Shown: positions 57,054 to 64,000 of the stretch, piece after piece
How the letters are laid out: each line of letters begins with the position of its first letter
How positions within the stretch are numbered: the first letter of the stretch is position 1
Made by a program: the position numbers and the translations under genes
The notes under the pieces: generated by a model
The model's database searches: none
The model's input: the letters and a program-made list of their open reading frames with translations, nothing else
Told to the model about the DNA's origin: nothing
Assembly: GCA_027859205.1 (NCBI GenBank)
Contig: JAQIBH010000197.1
Location: 3,717-67,716 of the forward strand
Source of the DNA: Bacteroidales bacterium
Lineage (GTDB): Bacteria > Bacteroidota > Bacteroidia > Bacteroidales > UBA12077
Length of the DNA stretch: 64,000 bases
Direction: 5' to 3'

Positions 57054-57941
57054 TTGGACGTGGAAGCTTCAGAATTAATTAAGAAAGTACGAAAAATAGA
57101 AATAAAAACTCGTGGCTTATCAAAGAATATATTTGCCGGCGAATATCATAGTGCTTTTAAAGGACGAGGAATGGCATTTAGCGAAGTTCGTGAGTACCAA
57201 TATGGTGATGATATTCGTAATGTTGATTGGAATGTAACAGCTCGTTATAATAATCCATATATAAAAATATACGAAGAAGAGCGTGAGCTTACAGTGATGT
57301 TACTAGTCGATGTAAGTAATTCACGTGTGTTCGGTACACAATCTCAGTTAAAGAAAAACCTGATTACAGAGATTTCGGCTGTATTATCCTTTTCGGCAAT
57401 TCAAAATAACGATAAAATAGGTGTAATATTATTTTCTGATAAAGTAGAAAAATTTATTCCACCTAAAAAAGGTAGAACGCATATCTTGAGAATTATTCGA
57501 GAGTTAATAGAATTTAAACCTGAAAATAAAGAAACTAATATTTCCGAAGCTCTTCGTTATTTAACAAATGTGATAAAAAAAAGAAGTACTGCTTTTCTAA
57601 TTTCAGATTTTATTGATGACGATAAAAACAATGAACCTCGATTTGATGAAGCTATACGTATAGCAAATAGAAAACACGATATAATAGGCTTAAAAATTTA
57701 CGATAAACGTGAAAAGGAATTGCCTTCTATTGGTATTATTCGGATGAAAGATGCAGAAACGGGCGAATATGCATGGGTTGATACTACAAGTTTAAATCTT
57801 AGAAGAAATTATGCAAATTGGTACAAAAATATGGATGCATCAGTAAATGAAATATTAGTCCGAGCAGGTGTCGATTTTGTTTCAATAGCAACCGATCAAG
57901 ATTATGTTAAACCATTACTTAACCTCTTTAAAAAGCGATAG
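57054..57941 (+). CDS. DUF58 domain protein (MoxR partner, VWA-like)
   Basis: The pattern GEYHSAFKGRGMAFSEVREYQYGDDIRNVDWNVTAR is the DUF58 signature. The start is non-ATG (TTG at 57054 or GTG at 57060). Confidence 0.85.
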   Translation: MDVEASELIKKVRKIEIKTRGLSKNIFAGEYHSAFKGRGMAFSEVREYQYGDDIRNVDWNVTARYNNPYIKIYEEERELTVMLLVDVSNSRVFGTQSQLKKNLITEISAVLSFSAIQNNDKIGVILFSDKVEKFIPPKKGRTHILRIIRELIEFKPENKETNISEALRYLTNVIKKRSTAFLISDFIDDDKNNEPRFDEAIRIANRKHDIIGLKIYDKREKELPSIGIIRMKDAETGEYAWVDTTSLNLRRNYANWYKNMDASVNEILVRAGVDFVSIATDQDYVKPLLNLFKKR

Positions 57942-57946
57942 CTGAA

Positions 57947-58975
57947 TTGATCTTTGATATGATACGAATATTAAATACATATAAACTTTATATTATCCAT
58001 ATAGTAGTGATGAGCGTATTATTTACTGTTGTTAAAGCTCAAGATGTAACAGTAAAAGCTGAATTGGATACAAGTGAATTTTTAGTTGGAGATCAGATAG
58101 GTTTGGAACTAGAAGTTAAACAGCCATTTAATGAATTTGTTGGGATTCCAATATTTAAGGAAGAACTTAATAAACAAGTTGAGATTATAGAGCAATCAGA
58201 GCATGATACTACTTTATTGGAAAGTGGTCATTTTATAATAAAAAAACGAATGTTAATTACGGTTTTCGATTCTGGTTATTATGTGTTACCTCCAATTGGA
58301 TTTTTATATTATAGCGATACCTTAAAATCTGAGCCAATTGCATTTAAAGTCAACGGTGTAGCAGTCGATACATCTCAAGCAATAAAAGAAATAAAAATGC
58401 CTAATGCTGCGCCACTTAGTTTTGCTGAGGTATTTCCTTGGGCTAGTGGTGGATTAGGTTTGGCTCTTTTAATTTTTATGATTGTTTATGTTATTCGAAA
58501 AATAAAACGAAAAGAGCCCATTCTTGGCCGTTTTAAACCTCGTGAACCTGCTCATATTATTGCCTTACGTGAATTAACTCGATTGAAAGATGATAAACTT
58601 TGGCAACACGATAAAATAAAATCATATTACACCATTTTAACAGATATTATGCGAATGTATTTATGGAATCGTTATTCTATACGTACGCTTGAAAGAACGA
58701 GTGAAGAAATTTTAGATTCATTAAAAGCTTCTGATTTTAAGGATAAAGAATTATTTGATACATTAAAAGATATATTCTATACATCAGATTTAGTAAAATT
58801 CGCAAAATTTAAACCTATTGCAGATGAACACGAAAAATGTATGAATGGAGCATATAGTTTTGTAGACAGAACTAAATTAATTATTGTTGAAAAACCAGAA
58901 CGTTCGGTAGGTGGGGATGAGGACGCAGAATCGTCTAAAGAATTGCTTAAAGTAAAAGAAGAAAAACTTAATTAA
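57947..58975 (+). CDS. Bat-operon membrane protein: BatD-like N-terminal beta module, TM helix and DUF4381-like C-terminus
   Basis: The N-terminus parallels the BatD N-terminus in this window (VTVKAELDTSEFLVGDQIGLELEV...YYVLPP...EPIAFKV). After the TM helix, PAHIIALRELTRL...LERTSEEIL resembles DUF4381. The start may be the ATG at 57959. Confidence 0.6.
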   Translation: MIFDMIRILNTYKLYIIHIVVMSVLFTVVKAQDVTVKAELDTSEFLVGDQIGLELEVKQPFNEFVGIPIFKEELNKQVEIIEQSEHDTTLLESGHFIIKKRMLITVFDSGYYVLPPIGFLYYSDTLKSEPIAFKVNGVAVDTSQAIKEIKMPNAAPLSFAEVFPWASGGLGLALLIFMIVYVIRKIKRKEPILGRFKPREPAHIIALRELTRLKDDKLWQHDKIKSYYTILTDIMRMYLWNRYSIRTLERTSEEILDSLKASDFKDKELFDTLKDIFYTSDLVKFAKFKPIADEHEKCMNGAYSFVDRTKLIIVEKPERSVGGDEDAESSKELLKVKEEKLN

Positions 58976-58992
58976 GATTACGAATAAGACTT

Positions 58993-59985
58993 ATGAATAA
59001 TATAACATTTGCAAATCCTAATTTATTATACTTGTTACTGTTGATAGTACCTGTAATTGTTTGGTATGTGCTAAATTATAAACGAACACATGCCAGCATA
59101 CAAGTGTCTACAATAAAAGGTATTGGGGAAAATCATATTACATATAAACATATATTACGACATGTTGTATTTGCTTTTAGAGTTATCAGCATTGCTTTAA
59201 TAATAATGGCAATTGCCCGACCACAATCAACTTTAAGCTGGAAAAACGAAGAATCCGAAGGAATCGATATAATATTAGCATTGGATATTTCCAGTAGTAT
59301 GTTGGCTCGTGATTTTCAGCCTGATAGAATGGAAGCAGCAAAGGATTTGGCAATTCAATTTATTTCCGGTCGAAGAAATGACCGTATAGGTTTAGTAGTA
59401 TTTAGTGGCGAAAGTTTTACTCAATGTCCTTTAACTACAGATCATTCAGTACTTATAAATCTATTTCGAGATATTAAAAGTGGTATGATTGAAGATGGAA
59501 CAGCCGTTGGATTGGGTTTAGCAACATCTGTAAGCAGGTTAAAAGAGAGTGATGCAAAAAGTAGGGTGATAATATTATTAACCGATGGTGTAAATAACAG
59601 AGGTGCTATTACGCCGGCAACTGCTGCTGAATTAGCTCAGACTTTTGGAATAAGAGTTTACACTATTGGAGTTGGTACTGAAGGAATGGCGCCATATCCG
59701 GTAAATACTCCATTTGGTATTCAGCTTAGAAATATGCCCGTTGAAATTGACGAAGAAACTTTGCAGGAAATTGCTGATAATACTGGTGGTGAATATTTTA
59801 GAGCAACAAACAATACTAAATTAAAGGAAATATATGAACAGATTGATCAACTGGAGAAATCTAAAATTGAAGTAAAAGAATTTAGTCAAAAGGACGAAGA
59901 GTTTTTAATATTCGTATTATTTGCTGCCTTTTTACTCTTATCTGATATGATTTTAAGAAATACATTATTAAGACAAATACCTTGA
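58993..59985 (+). CDS. batA: BatA-like VWA domain membrane protein
   Basis: N-terminal TMs, a VWA MIDAS motif (LALDISSSM) and a C-terminal TM. Confidence 0.85.
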   Translation: MNNITFANPNLLYLLLLIVPVIVWYVLNYKRTHASIQVSTIKGIGENHITYKHILRHVVFAFRVISIALIIMAIARPQSTLSWKNEESEGIDIILALDISSSMLARDFQPDRMEAAKDLAIQFISGRRNDRIGLVVFSGESFTQCPLTTDHSVLINLFRDIKSGMIEDGTAVGLGLATSVSRLKESDAKSRVIILLTDGVNNRGAITPATAAELAQTFGIRVYTIGVGTEGMAPYPVNTPFGIQLRNMPVEIDEETLQEIADNTGGEYFRATNNTKLKEIYEQIDQLEKSKIEVKEFSQKDEEFLIFVLFAAFLLLSDMILRNTLLRQIP

Positions 59986-59991
59986 AGCCTG

Positions 59992-60072
59992 CCTGTCGGC
60001 TGACAGGTTTAAAGTTCTTAGTTTCGAGTTTAAAATGAATAACTCGGAACTAGAAACTCAGAACTAGAAACT
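59992..60072. repeat. hairpin repeats between batA and batB
   Basis: CCTGTC-GGCT-GACAGG (59992-60007). AGTTCTTAGTTTCGAGTT (60013-60030) pairs 15 of 18 bp with AACTCGGAACTAGAAACT (60041-60058). GAACTAGAAACT occurs twice in tandem (60047-60058, 60061-60072). Confidence 0.75.
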
Positions 60073-60081
60073 AGATTAGTT

Positions 60082-61119
60082 ATGTTTAGATTTGGAAATA
60101 CTGAATATTTATATTTATTACTTATAGTGCCGGTTTTAGTCCTGTTATTTGGATTAGCGCAATATTATAAAAAGAAAGCATTAGCTAAATTTGGTGATAT
60201 GAATGTAATTGAACAGCTTATGCCTTTTGTATCTAAAACTCGTCCTGTTCTTAAATTTATATTTTTAGGGCTTGCTATAATAGCAATTATTTTAGCTTTA
60301 GCCGATCCACAGTTTGGGTCTAAGCTTGAAAAAGTAAAACATAAAGGAGCTGAAATAATTATTGCTTTAGATGTTTCGAATAGCATGTTAGCAGAAGATA
60401 TAAAGCCAAATCGATTGGAAAGAGCGAAATACGCAATTTCTAAGTTAGTCGATGAGATGGAGAATGATAGAATTGGTTTAATTGTTTTTGCAGGCGATTC
60501 TTATATACAAATACCTGTAACGTCAGATTATTCTGCTGCAAAAATGTTTTTATCATCAATAAATACCAATATTGTTTCAAAACAAGGAACAGCAATTGGT
60601 TCTGCTATTGATCTGGCTATGAATTCATTTTCTCCTGAAAGTGAATTGGAAAAAGCACTAATTGTAATAACCGATGGTGAAAATCATGAAGACGATGCTG
60701 TAGAAGCTTCTGAGCTGGCATTTGAAAAAAACATAACAGTACATACCATCGGAATGGGAAGCCCACAAGGAGCACCAATCCCTATCGAAAAGTCTTATGA
60801 TCAAACAATATTTCAAAAAGATAAAGATGGAAATACCGTAATTAGTAAGCTAGATCAAAAAACATTACAGGAGATAGCTACAGCTGGGAGAGGTGTGTTT
60901 ATTAGAGCTAGCAATACGCAAACAGGTTTGAATAAGCTTTTCGAGCGTATTAATAAAATGGAGAAAAAGGAAATGGAAGAAAGAATTTATACCGATTTTG
61001 AGCATCGTTACCAATATTTATTAGCGATCGCATTATTCTTTATTCTTTTAGATACTTTTATTTCTGAGAGAAAAAGTAAATGGTCAAAAAACTTTAATTT
61101 ATTTAAAATTAATGCTTAA
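60082..61119 (+). CDS. batB: BatB-like VWA domain membrane protein
   Basis: N-terminal TMs, a VWA MIDAS motif (IALDVSNSM) and a C-terminal TM. Confidence 0.85.
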   Translation: MFRFGNTEYLYLLLIVPVLVLLFGLAQYYKKKALAKFGDMNVIEQLMPFVSKTRPVLKFIFLGLAIIAIILALADPQFGSKLEKVKHKGAEIIIALDVSNSMLAEDIKPNRLERAKYAISKLVDEMENDRIGLIVFAGDSYIQIPVTSDYSAAKMFLSSINTNIVSKQGTAIGSAIDLAMNSFSPESELEKALIVITDGENHEDDAVEASELAFEKNITVHTIGMGSPQGAPIPIEKSYDQTIFQKDKDGNTVISKLDQKTLQEIATAGRGVFIRASNTQTGLNKLFERINKMEKKEMEERIYTDFEHRYQYLLAIALFFILLDTFISERKSKWSKNFNLFKINA

Positions 61120-61122
61120 TTT

Positions 61123-61860
61123 ATGAGGTGGATTAAATTAATATTAGTGAGTAGCCTGGCATTGATTGCAATTAATAGTTTTGCACAAAAGGAACGTAAA
61201 TATATTCGTCAAGGTAATAAGGAATTTGATAATTCCATGTATGAGAACTCTGAGATTTCGTATAGAAAAGCAGCCGATTTGGAAGAAGAAAAATCACACA
61301 AAACAGCTTTTAATGTTGGTGACGCACTGTATAAACAAGAGAAATACGAAGATGCAATTAAGCAATTTAATAGTTTAGCCGATTTAGAAATTAGTAAGGA
61401 AGAAAAGGCAAAAATCTATCATAACCTTGGAAACTCATTAATGCAAACCGAAAAGTTTAAAGAAAGTATCGATGCATATAAAAACGCTTTGCGTAATAAT
61501 CCAAATGATATGGATACTAAATATAATTTAGTATACGCACAAAAAAAGCTTGACGAACAACAGAAACAAGATCAAAATCAAGATCAAAACAAAGACGAAA
61601 ATATAGATCAGGATAAGGATCAAAACCAAGATAAAGAAAATCAGGATCAAGATAAAAATGAGGATAAAAAGGATCAGGAACAAAATCAAGATAAGCAAGA
61701 TCAAAATAAAGACGAACAAGAGCAACAGCAACCAGAAATATCGAAAGAGGATGCTGAGCGTATTTTACAAGCTTTAGCAGAAGATGAAAAAGATACACAA
61801 CAAAAAGTAAAAGAACAAAAGGCAGCTGCAGCTAAAGTTAAATCAGAAAAGGAATGGTAA
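61123..61860 (+). CDS. batC: BatC-like TPR protein with an acidic D/Q/N/K low-complexity tail
   Basis: Signal peptide, TPR-like repeats (YHNLGNSLMQTEKFKESIDAYKNALRNNPND) and position in the operon. Confidence 0.75.
   Translation: MRWIKLILVSSLALIAINSFAQKERKYIRQGNKEFDNSMYENSEISYRKAADLEEEKSHKTAFNVGDALYKQEKYEDAIKQFNSLADLEISKEEKAKIYHNLGNSLMQTEKFKESIDAYKNALRNNPNDMDTKYNLVYAQKKLDEQQKQDQNQDQNKDENIDQDKDQNQDKENQDQDKNEDKKDQEQNQDKQDQNKDEQEQQQPEISKEDAERILQALAEDEKDTQQKVKEQKAAAAKVKSEKEW
61555..61735 (+). repeat. in-frame imperfect tandem GAT-CAA-AAT/GAT-AAA type repeats encoding the DQNQDK low-complexity tail of BatC
   Basis: The protein segment is QKQDQNQDQNKDENIDQDKDQNQDKENQDQDKNEDKKDQEQNQDKQDQNKDEQEQQQ. 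The nucleotide sequence shows reiterated GATCAAAA/CAAGAT units. Confidence 0.8.
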
Positions 61861-61915
61861 AACTTAATTAGTAATTTCGAACCAGCCTGGCATTAGTCAG
61901 TTTAATGATATAAAA

Positions 61916-63733
61916 ATGAAGAATTGGTATTTTATAGTCTTTCTAATATTATTTGCTAAATGTGCATTTGGACAAGATGTTAGATTTGCAGCATCGGCAC
62001 CAGAGGTGGTTGAGTTGGGAAAGCAATTTAGATTAATGTATACGGTAAATGCTAAGGCAACTGATTTCTCGGCACAAGCTGTAGATGGTATCATTGTATT
62101 GGCCGGACCCCAAACTTCACAAGCAAGTAATGTGAGTATAGTTAATGGTAAAGTTTCACAGAATTTTGAATTAAAATATACATATATTGTACAAGCCAAA
62201 AAAGAAGGATTAATAACTATTCCACCGGCCGAACTAAAAGTCGATAGGAAAATTTATAAGTCGAATCCCATAAAGATTGAGGTAATAAAAGGTTCTCAAT
62301 CACAATCACGAACTTCAACAACAACGGTAGGATTAAATCAAACTAAGACCGCGACAAATACAAACAATACATCCGACTTATATATTAAAATTACAAGCTC
62401 TAAAACAAAGGTTCATCGAGAAGAACATTTAATTGCAACAATTAAATTGTATACAAAAGTATCTATTGTAAATTTTGGGAATTTTAAACTACCAACTTTC
62501 GACGGTTTTATCACTGAAGAGATTTATGCACCGAACACTATTGAATGGTCACGAGAGAACATAAATGGTGAAATTTATAATACAGGAATTCTAAGAAAAT
62601 ATATTTTGTTTCCTCAAAAAACAGGTAAAATAACAATCTTACCTACCGAATTGGAAATAGCATACCGTGAAGCTACAAATAAAAGATCAAGAAGTATGTT
62701 TGATGAGTTTTTTGGTAATGTTGATAGTGAATCGCGAAATGTAATAAGTAATTCGGTTGTAATTAATATTGCTGATTTACCAGGAAATAAACCATTTAAT
62801 TTTTCAGGCGCTGTTGGGCACTTTAAACTTGTCGCATCTGTTGATAATTTAAGTGCTAAAACAAATGAAGCTGTAAATTTAAAGGTGAAAATTTCAGGAA
62901 ATGGAAACTTAAAATATATTAGTGCTCCTAAAATAGATTTTCCATCAGATTTTGATGTATACGATCCAAAAGTAAATGATAATATAAAGTATTCAGAAAG
63001 TGGTGCATTAGGTTTTAAAGGTTTCGAATATCTTATGATTCCGCGTCACGCAGGTGATTTTACAATTCCTGCTTTTAAATTTTCTTATTTCGATACGGAA
63101 ACAAATCAATATAAAACTCAAAAAACAGACCCTTTTAATATTAAAGTTTCTAAATCAGATGGAGATACTACCCTTACTGTATCAGCTGCTTTTACAAAAG
63201 AAGATTTAAGGTTTTTAGGGCAGGATATCAGGTTTATTAAAACGAATAATGTTAAGCTGCAGAAAACGAATCAATTTTTATTTGGTTCTAGAACATATTA
63301 TTTTGCATATATATTTAGTTCTCTATTATTCTTCTTAATATTCTTAAGTCGTAAAAAGAAAATGAAGGAGAATGAAAATGTGATGCATGTTAAGAATAAG
63401 AAAGCTAATAAATTTGCAAAAAAACGATTGAATAAGGCTTCGGGTTTTATGAAGCGAGATTTGAAGGAAGATTTTTACGAAGAATTGGTGAAAGCAATGT
63501 GGGGTTATTTGAGTGATAAGTTAGGAATTCCTGTTGCAAAATTATCGAAGGATAATGCCAAAAGCGAAATGATTAGTAAAAAGGTTGATGAAGAATATAT
63601 TAACCAAATACTTAATATCATTGATCGCTGCGAATATGCACGATACGCACCTGTTACAGATGAAACTAAAATGGATACCGTATATAATGATGCAATAAAG
63701 GTTATTAGTAAGTTACAACAAAAGCTTAAATAG
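61916..63733 (+). CDS. batD: BatD-like (oxygen tolerance) protein
   Basis: 605 aa with a signal peptide, repeated beta-rich modules, a late TM helix and a helical C-terminus. Its position follows batC. Confidence 0.8.
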   Translation: MKNWYFIVFLILFAKCAFGQDVRFAASAPEVVELGKQFRLMYTVNAKATDFSAQAVDGIIVLAGPQTSQASNVSIVNGKVSQNFELKYTYIVQAKKEGLITIPPAELKVDRKIYKSNPIKIEVIKGSQSQSRTSTTTVGLNQTKTATNTNNTSDLYIKITSSKTKVHREEHLIATIKLYTKVSIVNFGNFKLPTFDGFITEEIYAPNTIEWSRENINGEIYNTGILRKYILFPQKTGKITILPTELEIAYREATNKRSRSMFDEFFGNVDSESRNVISNSVVINIADLPGNKPFNFSGAVGHFKLVASVDNLSAKTNEAVNLKVKISGNGNLKYISAPKIDFPSDFDVYDPKVNDNIKYSESGALGFKGFEYLMIPRHAGDFTIPAFKFSYFDTETNQYKTQKTDPFNIKVSKSDGDTTLTVSAAFTKEDLRFLGQDIRFIKTNNVKLQKTNQFLFGSRTYYFAYIFSSLLFFLIFLSRKKKMKENENVMHVKNKKANKFAKKRLNKASGFMKRDLKEDFYEELVKAMWGYLSDKLGIPVAKLSKDNAKSEMISKKVDEEYINQILNIIDRCEYARYAPVTDETKMDTVYNDAIKVISKLQQKLK

Positions 63734-63740
63734 TTGAATT

Positions 63741-64000
63741 ATGAAAAAGGTGATTTTTCTTATATTTTCCATTTCTACGGTGTTTTATGTAAATGCACAA
63801 GAAAACGATAGTTTAATAGTTAAAGCAAATGATTATTATGTAAATGGCAAATATCAAGATGCTATTAGTATTTATGAAAGCATATTAAATTCAGGATATG
63901 AATCACCTGATTTACATTATAATATTGCAAATGCCTATTATAAACAAAATATTGTTGCCCAAGCTATATTGTATTATGAAAAGGCGCTTCAACTAGCTCC
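63741..64000 (+). CDS. batE: BatE-like TPR protein (N-terminal part; runs off the right edge)
   Basis: My own translation gives MKKVIFLIFSISTVFYVNAQENDSLIVKANDYYVNGKYQDAISIYESIL...YNIANAYYKQN, a signal peptide plus TPR repeats in the expected operon position. Confidence 0.6.
   Translation, partial: MKKVIFLIFSISTVFYVNAQENDSLIVKANDYYVNGKYQDAISIYESILNSGYESPDLHYNIANAYYKQNIVAQAILYYEKALQLA

Noticed and set aside
5892-60072. Possibility that the dispersed intergenic repeats are a CRISPR array or arrays
   Set aside because: No locus has three or more identical direct repeats at regular 25-40 nt spacing. The units are palindromic, heterogeneous and scattered singly or in inverted pairs, and no cas genes are present.
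61166-62199. ORFs 61166..61378 (+), 61517..61798 (-), 61528..61731 (-) and 61897..62199 (-)
   Set aside because: They lie in alternative frames or antisense within batC and batD. The two in the repeat tract are products of the periodic GAT/CAA repeats.
1-64000. tRNA, rRNA, tmRNA, transposase, integrase, phage or conjugation genes
   Set aside because: I scanned all gaps over 100 bp by eye and found no cloverleaf-like GC-rich 70-90 nt segments or rRNA-like blocks. No ORF product shows DDE, tyrosine-recombinase or serine-recombinase motifs. A tRNAscan/Infernal run would be needed to exclude small RNAs formally.

Overview
This is a visibly AT-rich, gene-dense chromosomal segment with about 59 CDS, mostly on the + strand. 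Its content points to an anaerobic member of the Bacteroidota. Supporting signs are a MoxR-DUF58-BatA-BatB-BatC-BatD-BatE aerotolerance operon, TolC-adaptor-RND gene order, an ECF sigma/anti-sigma pair, TAnnTTTG-like -7 motifs and almost no Shine-Dalgarno sequences.

Gene content from left to right:
- a beta-oxidation/butyrate-type operon on the minus strand (enoyl-CoA hydratase, 3-hydroxyacyl-CoA dehydrogenase, thiolase)
- an RND efflux system and a LytS/LytTR two-component pair
- a dodecin
- a methylmalonyl-CoA epimerase plus Na+-translocating methylmalonyl-CoA decarboxylase operon, followed directly by citrate lyase (CitD-CitE fusion plus CitF)
- a 51-aa rubredoxin that is missing from the ORF track
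- an ECF sigma operon
- envelope genes (GT2-like, and two LtaS/sulfatase-family paralogs around TetR and an isoaspartyl peptidase)
- housekeeping genes (DHOD-like, exonuclease-GIY-YIG, M14 peptidase, RelA-type RSH, FprA, PatB-like lyase, TruA)
- an MNT/HEPN pair and several sensor proteins
- the Bat operon

I recognised no rRNA, tRNA, CRISPR array, transposase, integrase or phage genes.

The main structure the ORF track does not explain is a set of several families of short, GC-enriched, nested-hairpin repeats. They fill most of the longer intergenic gaps, including gaps inside the efflux and Bat operons. Some copies have terminal inverted repeats (MITE-like), and some show compensatory stem changes between copies.

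I did not find a convincing new multi-gene system such as a defence system. The best candidates for follow-up are:
- the repeat families
- a decarboxylase beta subunit with an extra N-terminal secreted domain
- an orphan citDE-citF pair
- a PAS/half-receiver remnant gene
- an output-less HAMP-GAF sensor
- an ECF-controlled doubly anchored lipoprotein

All functional calls rest on motif recognition by eye. No database search was run.
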